A stretch of DNA of 64,000 nucleotides from Octopus vulgaris. Taxonomy: Eukaryota. Positions 38,540-50,600 of the stretch are shown here, piece after piece (position 1 is the stretch's first letter; each line of letters begins with the position of its first letter). The notes below the pieces were generated by a model. The model did no database searches, was not told the DNA's origin, and was given only the letters and a program-made list of their open reading frames with translations. The stretch is from assembly GCA_951406725.2 (NCBI GenBank), contig OX597816.1:112716001-112780000 (forward strand), given 5' to 3'. The translations under genes were made by a program, and so were the position numbers.

Positions 38540-39664
38540 TCAGTCCTTCGCCATTGCCTCAGTGAGATCCAACATTCTGAGGTCATGCTTGACTACCTCA
38601 TCCCATGTCTTCCTGGGTCTACCTCTCCTCCTGATACCTTCAACTGTTTGGGAGCGGCACTTCTTCACACATCCCTCCTCATCCATCCGCAGTACATGAC
38701 CATACCATCGCAAGCGTCGCTCTTGCACACCACATCTGATGCTTCTTATGTCCAGCATTTCTCTCAGGGTGCTTACCCTCTGTCGTGCGCACACACTGAC
38801 ATTACACATCCAGCAGATCATGCTAGCTTCATTTCTTTCAAGTCTACGCATGTCCTCTGCAGTCACGGCCCATGTTTCACTACCGTGAAGCATGGCAGTT
38901 CGCACACATGCATCATACAATCTACCTTTCACTCTGAGTGAGAGACCCTTTGTCGCCAGTAGGGGTAGGAGCTTTCTAAACTTTGCCCAGGCTATTCGTA
39001 TTCTAGTGGTGACACTCTCTGAGCATCCAACTCCACTACTAACTTGGTCACCCAGGTAGCGGAAACTATCAACTACTTCTAGTTTCTCCCCCTGGAGTGT
39101 AATGGAATCTGTTTTCTGAGTATCTGTGGTGTCTATTGTCCCTGTGCATCTGCCGCACATGAAAGCTATCTTATCAGTTAATTTCCCTTTGATGTTGCTG
39201 TACCTCTTATGCGTCCATAGCTTACACTGGGTGCATCTTATGGAGTTTCTACCTACACCTTTCCTACAGATCGAGCAGGGCCACCTGCCCGAGGGTGTGT
39301 GTGCTGAGTTCGCCTTTCTGCTTACTATAACTTTGGTCTTTGCTACATTTACTCTAAGGCCCTTTGATTCTAACCCTTGCTTCCACACCCAAAATTTCTT
39401 TTCTAGTTCCGGTAGTGATTCTGCTATGAGAGCCAGGTCATCAGCATAAAGGAGCTCCCAGGGGCAACCTGTTTTGAATTCCTTTGTTATTGCCTGGAGG
39501 ACTATGATGAATAAAAGGGGACTGAGGGCTGAGCCTTGGTGTACACCTACTTCTACCCGAAATTCTTCACTATATTCGTTGCCAATCCTAACCTTGCTGA
39601 CAGCCTCTCTGTATAGGGCCTGTACAGCCCTTATTAGCCATTCATCAATATCCAGTCTCTGCAT
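38540..39664 (-). pseudogene. RTE reverse transcriptase C-terminal ORF fragment (374 aa)
   Basis: YADD at 39437-39448; longest ORF in the window. Confidence 0.93.
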
Positions 39665-40719
39665 CGACCACTAGATAAGGGATCGGGGGACCCTGTCAAA
39701 GGCTTTCTCCAAGTCCACAAAAGCTATGTAGAGGGGTTTATCTTTAGCTAGGTACTTCTCCTGCAGTTGTCAGACCAGGAATATAGCATCAGTGGTGCTT
39801 CTACCCAGCACAAAACTGAACTGCATCTCATCTAAGCAAATTCTCTCCCTAATGAGATGGGTTATGACCCTCTCTGTGACCTTCATCACCTGATCCAACA
39901 GTTTAATACCCCTGTAGTTATTTCTATCTAGAGCATCACCCTTACCCTTGTAGCAGTTGACTATGGTGCTGCTACGCCAGTCATTGGGTATGACTCCATT
40001 ATGAACTACCTGGTTTACAATGTGGGTGACTAGACCATAGCCCACATAACCAGCTGTTTTAAGCTGTTTTAAGCATCTCAGCAGTGATTCCTGATGGGCC
40101 AAGGGCTTTACCTGGTTTCATACCCTTAATTGCTTTAACTACAAGGGAGCTGTCTATTCAGATAGCTGATCCTTCTACTGGGTCAACATTTGGCAGGCTC
40201 TCCTCCTCCCATTCATTCTCCACATTCAGCAGTCTTTCATAATGGCTTCTCCAAGCCTCTTTCTTTTCACCAACATTAAAAACAAGTGCTCCATCATCCA
40301 TGCGGACACATTTCTCTCCTGTAACATCAATATTTTCTCTCACACACAGTCTAGCAATCCGAAATACCTCAGTTCTTTGGTCCTCATGTCGCTGGACATT
40401 GGCAAACTTCTTCTTCTTTTCTGCTACATCTTTGGCTATGTATACCTGCTGCCCAGCCTCCCTTTTGGCTACCTGGTACAGTTCCCTGCTACCCCCATCC
40501 CTCCAGGCTTTCCAGGCCTGTTTCTTTGCACTAATGGCTTTGTCTACTGCACTATTCCACCACCACGTAACTCTAGGTCTGGAAGGGACTTTGCACCATC
40601 CACAGACTTGGTCTGTGACACTCAGCAAGCTGTCCCGTAGGAATTTCCAGCTACCTTCTATGTCCGACGTCTGTAGCTCCTCCTCCCTCTCATCAAATTT
40701 CTTGATGAGGATGTCCCTA

Positions 40720-41150
40720 CTCAGTTATTATGAGCTTAGAGTAGCCAGCCACAATGTGTTCGATGGCTTCAGTACTATTATCACATAGTCTAAAGTTTGG
40801 GTCAGCACCATTTTGGAGAACATTTACTTGGTAGTTTGTTTATCCTGAGCTACTATTATAAAACCTTCAATTTTTGCCTTTAGACCTGAACTGCACACCC
40901 ACTGATATTAATTTCCTTTATATCTGCTTCCCTTGTTTGCTTGGGATACTGACCATGAAGCAGTTTCTCTTGCCTGTTTATTTATAAGCTTTTTCAGGTC
41001 TTCTTTTTTGTGGCTTTATGTTTGTTTTGTTTTACTGCTTCTGTTAGCATTGCAGCTTTGGCATTAATCATTTACATCTAAATTTAGTTCTAGTTTATAC
41101 TTCTGTATGGAGCTTTTAGTTCCCTTTGAGATAACTTAATAGCTGTGTCA
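40720..41150 (-). mobile_element. Dong/R4-type RLE retrotransposon fossil, upstream half (linker and CCHC finger)
   Basis: Minus strand: QEKLLHGQYPKQ...QWVCSSGLKAKIEGFIIVAQD...VLQNGADPNFRLCDNSTEAIEHIVAGYSKLIITE. Confidence 0.88.
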
Positions 41151-41375
41151 ATTATTATTATTATTATTATTATTATTATTGAGTGAGAGAGGAGTGAATG
41201 CAATCAAAGTGATGCTGCAGTAAAGTATATGAAGCCTAGTATACTAATCATGGCTACCTGTCTGATAAGGATACACCAGGCACATGCATCACAACCACAT
41301 GTGTGCAGCATGGTGATCTCATATCAAGATAAACAATGCATGACCTTGCAGGTGGGGTCCAGTTAGAATTTTCGT
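41151..41375 (-). mobile_element. SINE/LINE 3' fragment with (AAT)n tail
   Basis: (ATT)n-GAGTGAGAGAG.AGTG.ATGC.ATCAAAGTGA; second copy at about 57530-57630. Confidence 0.7.
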
Positions 41376-41955
41376 CACATCAATTAGCTGGTGGTGGTGG
41401 TGGTAGTGGTGTGTGCCTGTTTGTCTTATTAAAAACAGTAAATCCAATAAAATAAATCTTGGTTCATCAGAGGATACATCATGCACTAAGGCCTTATATG
41501 GATGTAGAAGCATAGACAGGCAGATAAATGAAGTGATGGTGATGATTATACTTGTGTGCAAAAGAGAGATGTGATGATGATGGTGGTGATGATCAAGGTG
41601 CTGTTGTTTGTGGTGAAGGCTGGTGTAATGGAAATGAAGTTAAATAAAGATGATCATTATCATCTATAGAGGTTGACTTGGCCCAAAGCTCTTGTGGAAC
41701 ACACAAGCCTATGGTGCTGTTAAGTGTGATTGAACTGTGTGGTTAAGCAGTTCAGTCACACTTAGCCACACAGCTATGCCTGCATCCAGCTTTGAGGAGA
41801 AAGAGCGAAAGAAAATTTTCAACTCATTAAATAAAACTAATATATTTCAATAGTTAGCTTTTATTTTCAAAGCAGCCAAAGGAATAAGAGTGAAAATTAA
41901 TTATACTTAATCAGTATTTAAGTAATTGTATATTCTTTGACAGACCCTTTCTGCT

Positions 41956-42541
41956 TTAACACTCTGGGATACCAACCTGCTCGAGACCACCCCTGGTTCT
42001 TCTGCGTTAACTTATATTCCAAAATCCAGCTTAATAATTACAAAATTATTTTACTAAATTCTTTGAAATCTCCAACATGAATTGAAATGAAGTGTTTAAT
42101 ACAGTTTAATACAGCTAAATGGTTAAACCATTCAATGGGTAATCTGCAGCACACAGGACTTTCTGAATGGTCTGCCAATTAAAAATTACCTTCAATTTTT
42201 TTAGTAGCACAAATTCCCTGATAATGAACCATGTCACATCATCAGAGGGTTTTCAAAACTTTCCATTAAAATTTCATGTTAACTTATATTTCAAAATCCA
42301 GCTTAATAATTACAAAATTATTTTAGTAAATTCTTTGAAATCTCCAAAATTAATTGAAACGAAGTGTATTTTAATAGAACAAAAAGGTTAAACCAGTCCA
42401 TGGGCAAACTGCAGCACACAGAACTTTCTGAATGGTTTGACAATGAAAAATTACCTTCAATTTTTTTGGTAGTGCAAGCATCCTGATGAGCATCCACATG
42501 TCTCATGTGGTCTGCTTCTCAAAAACGGTTACCTGGGTTAA
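41956..42541. mobile_element. piggyBac-like MITE composite with internal ~205-bp direct duplication
   Basis: TTAA at both ends (41956 and 42538) and internally after GG; 42006-42211 is repeated at 42278-42476; related fragment near 50585-50680. Confidence 0.65.
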
Positions 42542-43182
42542 ATCAATAATCTGTGGAAGAATTTTGGTATACAGATACTGTTTTGCATATATTCATCTAC
42601 CTCAGTGCCATTATCATAACAGTGGTTGACTTTGCTCAGCTGCCTTGTGATGTCTATAAACTTTATCGAACACTTATACATTGTCTACCATGTCAGAACA
42701 TCATTAAATTATATCTGAAGAAATATAAGTATAGCATGTAACGAAGTGTTAGATCTTAGTCATAAAGTGACAAAAGTTCACTACTATCTTTGACAATCTT
42801 ACTTACTAAAGTGGACATTATTTTCTTCTCACCACCCATTTTAACAATTTTCATTCATGTATACGACATTAATGAATTAACATAAAAATTCTTGAGGAAA
42901 CTATGTACAACATACATCATAGAGCATATGATTTAATTAACTCAACATAAGAAAGTGTTTCTAGTCTTGCTCTAAAAGAATTAGAGTTGGATTATAACTT
43001 TATTTTTATTAGTTTGTCTGGAGTTGTGATGATAAACTTGTGATGCACCATGGGGTTCTATGTTAGAGTAAGGTTAGGAAAACTGTATGTAAACTTAAAT
43101 AAAGTTCTATTTCAAACATTTTTAAAAATTTCTGTTGAGCACCTGAACATAGTATACAATAAGCCAATTATTATTATATTAA

Positions 43183-43395
43183 AGGTGGTGAGCTGCCTAA
43201 ATCATTATCACTCCGGACAAAATGCTTAGTAGCAGTTTTTCCAGTTTTTCATTTTGAGTTCAAATTCCGCCAAGGTCAACTTTGCTTTTCATTCTTTTGG
43301 GATTGATAAAATAAATATCAGTTGATCACTAGGATTGATGTAATCAACTAACCCCCCTCTTCCCAAATATCAGGCCTTTTACCTATAGTAGAAGA
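43183..43395 (+). mobile_element. tRNA-SINE family B
   Basis: GGTGGTGAGCTG...GAGTTCAAATTCCGCC...GATAAAATAAATATCAG. Confidence 0.85.
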
Positions 43396-44023
43396 AAAGG
43401 ATCATTATTATTAAATAATGAACCAATGAAGGAGCTTCTATGCAATGACTCCACCAGTTCAAGTTAACTACCAAATTACCTTCAAATCACATCCTACTGT
43501 CATGGGGAAAAGGGAAGCACAGAATGGATAATTTAGTTCCACACTTACTTATGTGTCTGGATAAATGACTGGATGGTTATTGCAGGAATGCTTTGAGCCA
43601 AGGTCTTCTGTTAAGCTTGACCTGGGGCCAAACAACAACAGAGCAAAAATTTAAATTATCAACTTTATCCCTAGCACTTAGAGATCATGATTACAGCAAA
43701 TGTCTGAACTTACTGTGCTTATAGCACAAACAATATGTGAATAGATGGAAAGAAACAGTAAAACTCCCACTCACACAGTGTTTTTCGTAAGAAGTACCAG
43801 ACCCCATTTGGGTGGAACTGTAAAACTTGAAATATGGGCAAAGAAATAGCCATGCTTAATAAAATTAAAGTAAATCCCAACTTTGTGAACATGTCCAACA
43901 CCATGGGTGAATGAAGAATTATATAGATTTGAATTTTAGTTTGTCTTCTCATTAATAAAGTGGGGGTGGAGATAAAATTTTCATTTATAAATTGGGAAGG
44001 ATTGGTAGATGTATGTCAGCTTG

Positions 44024-44228
44024 AAGGTGGCGAGCTGGCAGAAATTTTAGCACGCCTGGTGAAATGCTTAGCGATATTTCGTTTGTCTTTATGTCCTGGG
44101 TTCAAATTCCACTGAGGTTGACTTACCCTTTCATCCTTTCGGAGTCAATAAATTAAGTACCAGTTGCGTACTGATGTCAATCTAATCAACTGCCCCCTTC
44201 TCCCAAAATTTCAGGCCTTGTACCTATA
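44024..44228 (+). mobile_element. tRNA-SINE family B (Meta-domain-like), best-preserved copy
   Basis: GGTGGCGAGCTGGCAGAA head, GGGTTCAAATTCC B box, CCTTTCATCCTTTCGGAGTCAATAAATTAAGTACCAG domain. Confidence 0.9.
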
Positions 44229-44411
44229 AATCTGTTGTGGAATATATTAATCTAAATCTTATATATTCTAACCCATTTAAAATGTCATTCTATATCTTTA
44301 ATCATTATAATAATGTTTGATAAAGATATAAAATAACACTCATTTCCTCTAAGATCGGTAAGCTTAAAACTTCATCAGGTCATGTTTATTCATTTGTTTT
44401 TATTTTAATAG

Positions 44412-44547
44412 CTTAATGAAAGGAGGAGAAACAGCGCACTTTGCTGTGAGATTTGACACTAGGGAGGAAATTATCCCCAGAGACTTGAGACCTGCTTTGA
44501 AAGCTTACTACAGAGCAAATTCTGCCATCTTGACATCCAAGAGCTAG
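44412..44547 (+). other. Weak candidate terminal coding exon (LMKGGETAHFAVRFDTREEIIPRDLRPALKAYYRANSAILTSKS*)
   Basis: T-rich tract plus TAG acceptor, 44-codon open frame, GC-richer non-repetitive sequence; no recognisable homology. Confidence 0.25.
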
Positions 44548-44564
44548 GTGGTAGTGTTAAATTA

Positions 44565-44770
44565 TCATCTTTGCCATTTAATGTTTGTTTTCCATGCTGA
44601 TTTGGGTTGGATAGTATGAGAAGATCTGGCAAGCCACGGGCCTGTTCTTATTGCCAATGTTAATTTGGCATGGTTGCTAAGGCTGGATACCCTTCTTAAT
44701 GCCAACCACTTTACAGTGTATACTGGGTGCTTTTTTCATTCCACTGGAACTAGTGGGGCTACCAAATAAC
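44565..44770 (-). mobile_element. RTE 3' fragment
   Basis: TTTAATGTTTGTTTTCCATGCT...GCTGGATACCCTTCTTAATGCCAACCAC. Confidence 0.75.
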
Positions 44771-46736
44771 TTGAGAAAATAGAAAAAGAACAAAGAGAAG
44801 GAAAAGGAAAAATTTCTCCGCTTCAAAGTGGGAATATTTAAGTATAGGGGGTGGTTTATGCTAGGTGTTGAAAGGTGTTTGTAAGTAATAATTTGTCATA
44901 AACTGTATGACAAGTTGTTACTTTTCCAATGTCTTTTGAAATACTATTCTGCTATCAAAATAATTAAAATATGTTTGTCCTTAGCAACAGAATAATATTT
45001 TATTCCACATATCATCACTAAGTTCACCAGTATTTATGCACTTTTTTTTGTCACTGTTCTTTTGTTTAAGTCACTTTCAATACCTCTTTTATGTCAAGAA
45101 ATCTCATTGTACTAGAAAGCATTCAGTTTCAGACTAATAAATATACAAATGATTCTTGTTACCAATTTGTTGTGGTCTTGCTTGTTGCTTTAAAAGATGG
45201 CCATGAAATTTCAAAGCTGCAAACATTGATCAAAATAACTCTTGATAGAAGTCCAAATTATCAATGCCTAAAACTTCATTCCTGATTCACCAAAGATTAA
45301 GACACTAATTGCAGTCTGGCTATCTGGTGATAAATTTGCATAATAGCCTGATGTCCATCCGTAAACACCTAATTAATGTAATTAGTATGCAATCATTGAT
45401 GTGTCAACACTGTTTACTACCTTAAAATGTAATTGTACTTCTTTTGTTATTATTAAGTTGCAAATGTCATGCAAAGCATCAACTTTAATCTTGTCAGGTT
45501 TCAAGTAAATTAATCTACTTTAATATGTTAATTTTCACTGCAGAAAATAAAAGTTTTTATTTTGGGAAGAAATTTGCTCTTAGTCTGATCAAGTTGTTGA
45601 AATTGAAGAAGATAACGATTATTTATTCTTGATAGTTTTAATTAAAAGTTTGTTTGATAACATTTCATATGGCTGCTTAATTCTGTTTCTCTGTGTTTTT
45701 CTTTTTTGTGTTGTTTGGTCCTAGGTCAGTTCTGATCAAGTATTCCAGTTTTGATCACCTATTGACTTTTATATGTGCGTTTGTGTATCATCATCATCAT
45801 CATAAATTGTAAACTGTGTAAAATGTTATTTAAGAGAGATTAGCCTGCTATTTCTAATGGATCAAGCGAGCAACTTTCTAATGATTTTGTCAATCCATTG
45901 CTTTTGTTGTTAGTAATAATAAAAATAATAACAACAGTAATTATAATTGTTTCTGATTTACGTACAAGGTCAGCAATTTTCTGGGAGGGGATTGGTCTTT
46001 ACCATTGACCCCCAGTGCTTAAATGGTACATTATTTAACAACCCTGAAAAGAATGAAAAGTAAAGTTCACCTTGTAGAGATTCAGTCTGAGAAGGTATTT
46101 TACATTAAACATAAAACATCAGTATCTTCACCACTATAATCATCATCATCATCATCAACGTTTAACGTCTGCTTTCCATCTATATATAAAATTGTAAGAG
46201 CTGTTATTTTCACATGAAAGAGACTTGGTAATTGTTTATACATGTTGTATTGACTGCTGTTGCTGATTGAGTAGATCTATAATAAAAAATATTCAAACCA
46301 TGACAATCCCATATACCAAACATTATCCAATGAGGTTTTAGATATAATCTATTTTCAATGGGAATTCAACTGTTATTTCTAGCACATGAAGCAACCACAT
46401 AAAGGACCCCATGTTTGTTCTTATTTTAAATATGTTTATATGCGTAATTCTTAATGCAACAAATGTGTTCATATGTGTAATTCCTAATGTAAATTGCTGT
46501 TTTGGTCTTCAAGTCATGATATCATATAACCATTAATTAAATGAAAACTAGTTCTAATTATTGGCTTTCCAATCAGGTAAAAAAATTATGTAGAAGCTAT
46601 GCTAGATGAGATGGTATTTTTCTTAAAATGTTTATTGTAAGGGTAAAATTTTATTAATTCTTATTCTAAGGAAAGTTTTCTTTCTTTTACAATGCTTTCA
46701 CCATCTTAAACTTTTTTCACTGTAATTTATGAAAAA

Positions 46737-47152
46737 GGCACAGGTGTGACTGTGTGGTTAAGAAATTTGCTTTCAAACTAATTAGTCTTGAGTTTGATTT
46801 CACTGTGTGACATCTTGAGTAAGAAACTTTAATTGTAGCCCTGGGCCAACTAAAAGCCTTGTGAGTGAATTTGATAGACAAAAATGAAAGAAACCCATCA
46901 TGCATCCATGTGTGAGTGTGTGTTATATTAATATATTCTAGCTGTAAAATGGGTGTTGCCATCATGCAAGCAGTGTCCTTTGTTTTCTACCTTCTGTGAA
47001 AATACGTTCATCCATGGAGTAATATTACTTTGCTTAGAAATAGGTAAGAGAAGATGACAGGAAGAGCATCCAGTCCTAGAAAATCTGCCTCATTGAATTA
47101 ATTCTGACCCATACTTGAATGGTTAAAGTGAATGTTAAAATGATGATGATGT
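46737..47152 (+). mobile_element. SINE family A head with RTE-like tail
   Basis: GGCACAGGTGTGACTGTGTGGTTAAG...AAAGCCTTGTGAGTG...GACAGGAAGAGCATCCAG...(GAT)n. Confidence 0.75.
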
Positions 47153-47204
47153 GATGCAAAATCAAATATTTCATAATTATTTTGGACCATCAAGAAACAT
47201 TATC

Positions 47205-47640
47205 CTCATCAGCATCATCATCATGGTTACATGAGTCAAACGGAATTTGTTGAGGCAGATCTTAAATGGCCATTTGCCCTTCTTGTCACTGACCCTCATC
47301 TGTTTCCAAGTAAGTTAATATTTCATGACCAGACATATTCTTATGGAAGATTAAAAACAAAGGACAAAGCTTATATGATAGTGATGCTCAATGTCAAGAC
47401 AAAGAAACTCAAGCATACACACACTCATGCTCACATATACACATTTGTATATATATATATATACATACATGAGTATATATACACACAATTGGCTTCTTTC
47501 AGTTTGTGTTTACCAAATCCATTCAAAAGGTTTTGGTCAGTCTAGCATGACAGCATGACACTTACCTAATTTGCCACATGGTGAGACTGAACCTGAAACC
47601 TTGGTGTTGGGAAGCAAACTGTTTAACCACACAGCCCCTA
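47205..47640 (-). mobile_element. SINE family A head with RTE-like tail (inverted relative to its neighbour)
   Basis: Reverse-complement similarity to 46737-47152. Confidence 0.75.
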
Positions 47641-50600
47641 CTGATCTACTGAAAATAATCTTGTGATCATAGCTATAGTGGATATTCAATTATTATTAGA
47701 AGCAGTGAATATTCTTTAATTTTAAAGTATCCAATGCTAGTGTGTTGAAATTTTATAAAATCAGCGTTTGTCATATTAAACATTTAAAAGCTTATTACTG
47801 AGTAAATAAACTTTGTTTTTAAGAATCTATCTATATTTCCAACTTTAATATCCAAGGAGGTTTTCCTTGTATCTTGTGAATATATTTATTAAATATTCCC
47901 AATGCTAACTTTATTGCTAGTTGAATCTATGTAATTCCGTTGATATTTACATGAGGTTGTTGTCAAGTAAGTTGATCACCCAATACATAACAACAAATCA
48001 AGCAGTACAGAATCAAGTATTATTTAAATTGTTCAATTTATGTCACAAATTGAGCCATTTCAAATCCTGTAATATGCCTTTAGCTTAAACTATGTAGCTC
48101 ACTTAACTCTGTATAATTTTCCTTAGCAATAAGCATTAAATAAATTTATACTATATAATTCATGAGCAGTGGCATCCTTGGTTACAGATATCCAACAGGT
48201 CATTCTCTACTTCACTGCATTTTCAAAGACAGAAGTGAAAAAAAGAGTATTGGTAACTCATTGCAGAACATATATTAACAGGAGGCTTCATTCAAAGAAC
48301 TCTGGTCTCTTTTTGCTTTCTTAATCTTGTTTACTTATTTTTCTTGCACACACATGCACATGCACGCTCACACACACACATATATGTATACACATACACA
48401 CAACTGACTTCTGTGCAGTTTTCAGTTGTAAGCTATTAGTAATTCTGAAGCTATGACAGAAAACCCAAATGCAAATGTGTCTTCAATGCAGAGGTATCAA
48501 ACCCAAACTTTGTTATTGTAAAGTAAACTTATTTACCTCACAGCCATGTATTCACTTGTAGAATTAGTATATGTCATATTTTCCAAGTGCACATGGCTAT
48601 TTTATTACATGCACCACTCCTTTGATGGTTCATTATAAAAAAAAAATCTAAGTAAACTTATAGTAAAATACTTTGAGATATAGAAATATTTTTGAGATAT
48701 ACTTTGAGATTTAGAAATGTTTAACTAAAACAGTTGTCATCTATCTTATGGATAATAATAATCAGTGTACAAGAAACTATGATTGTAAACTTTGGCAAAA
48801 ATCCAACATTTGAGCAAAAGATAGTTTATAGAAAAGTCTTTCTCAAGCTGTATGGTTGAAGTTGTTTCTAATTAACAGTCTTTGTGGTAAATATGTGAAG
48901 CTAGGTTTGTGAATAATTAGTGATTAATAAAGACAATACACTTCATTTATGTGTAATATTATAAGCAAATATATAAAGCAACAGAGGTAGGCCACATTTG
49001 GTATATGTTACACTAGGTCATTCTAAAGATGGAATTGAAATTTTTTTTTTATATCAACAAAATTAGTGATTTTTTAACTAAATTGATAATAAAAATATTA
49101 ACTTTTGTGAGAAATTGATGCTACTTTGGAAATACTCTGTTTTCTAAGTTAAAGGTGTCGGTGATAATATTGAAGTTGCTTCAATTTGAGCTTTATTGGA
49201 GAATGTTTAAATTTCAGAGAATAGTTTTAAAAGATTGAGATGACTTACTGATAACAGCTTTATCAAACTCTAATTATTTTGTTACTTTTGTTTGTAAAGA
49301 TAATTTATCATGAAATATTATTGGATTATTAAGCAACCTATGTAATGTAATACCCTATCTTTCTCTTTGCCTTTTGTTCCTTGGTATCATCTTACATTGC
49401 TTAAAGGTTTTTACAAACATTTATCTGACTTTTGTAAAGTTTTAATTTTAAAACAATAGCCAACAAAGAAATCAGATTTAAAACTGCCTAGTGAGCACTT
49501 TTCTTAGCATAGAGTTGCCTGTGTTATAATCTTAAAATGTTTATTTTAAGATTATATAGCAGTCTTTGTTCCCATTGTTTCAAATCAACCTTGATTGAAT
49601 AACTCTATGATTTTTGCTACTCATGCAATGACTATCCTGACCTTTTGGGTGTATATGTAGGACTACATTATATAATGTGTCCTTTTCTTTGCCAAGACTG
49701 TAGACCATGGTTTGATGATGATTTGATGATGATAGTATCCAAAAAAATGTAGGAAATAATTGCTTAAGTGAATAGAGTTAATTTATATCTCATTTTCAAA
49801 AATGACATCAATGAATATATGAATATATTTTCAGATGTGCTCTAAACACAGATTTCAAAGATTATCATTTTTCAGGCAATTAACCTCATCTATAGAAATG
49901 ATTGAGTTTTTCAGTATTTGTACCCTTTATTAAGGCTGTGCTTTTAAGGATCACTTCTAAAGTATGTGCTGCAATATATCCAATTTTAGTATTTATGACT
50001 ACATTACATTTGATCAGTTTGATCTTTTGCTATCAACATGAAAGTATAAATAGGATAATGCTATATTCATACTTGGAGCCTTTATTTCTGATATAATTAG
50101 ATACAGAGATAAGCTACTTCATAATTATAAATATAATAATAAATCAATTAAAATGTAGTATACATGTAAGTATAGGAAAATTTCTAAAAATTGATTTAAT
50201 TGTATTAAGAATTATCTTATCAAAATTCATAACAGACATTTCGACATTTAAATATCTAAATAAATAATGATCTGTTTTTGTTAAATATAGTTTGTATCGA
50301 GTATGGTGGGGAGCATAGTTAGTTAAAACATCGACTGATAAACAAGACAAAAGGTAAAATGTTCTTTTATGTATTTGAACTTGAGGGAATGGGAATTCAA
50401 ATGTTAAGTATAAAATTATTTGAATTTGCTCTCTGCAGCTCTGCAATTTACTTCCACACTTGATGTGAATGTTAAGAATATTGATCTTTTCTTTACTATT
50501 CAGAAGGTTAACTTCTGTAAGAGAAGGTCAATAATAGTCAAGGGAATTGAAATATATTACTGGTATTTGTTTTAGTAACTCATTTTTAACAATCTTACTA

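Larger units (their letters stand above)
37894..40719 (-). mobile_element. 5'-truncated RTE-clade LINE (RT, PHD-like finger, 3'UTR minisatellite, (GAT)n tail), disabled
   Basis: ORF fragments with KGKGD..NYRGIKLL, GVHQGSALSPLLF, YADD, FRYLG, RRLRWYGHV, RGRPRKTW; stops near 39670, 39770 and 40158; 10-bp duplication frameshift near 40052-40074; no endonuclease domain. Confidence 0.96.

Noticed and set aside
37786-38941. Plus-strand ORFs of 199 and 261 aa
   Set aside because: Antisense read-through of the RTE 3'UTR minisatellite and RT; no independent coding signal
42483-42527. CTGATGA followed by a hairpin
   Set aside because: No GAAA adjacent to the stem and no stems I/III; the palindrome is better explained as a MITE subterminal feature
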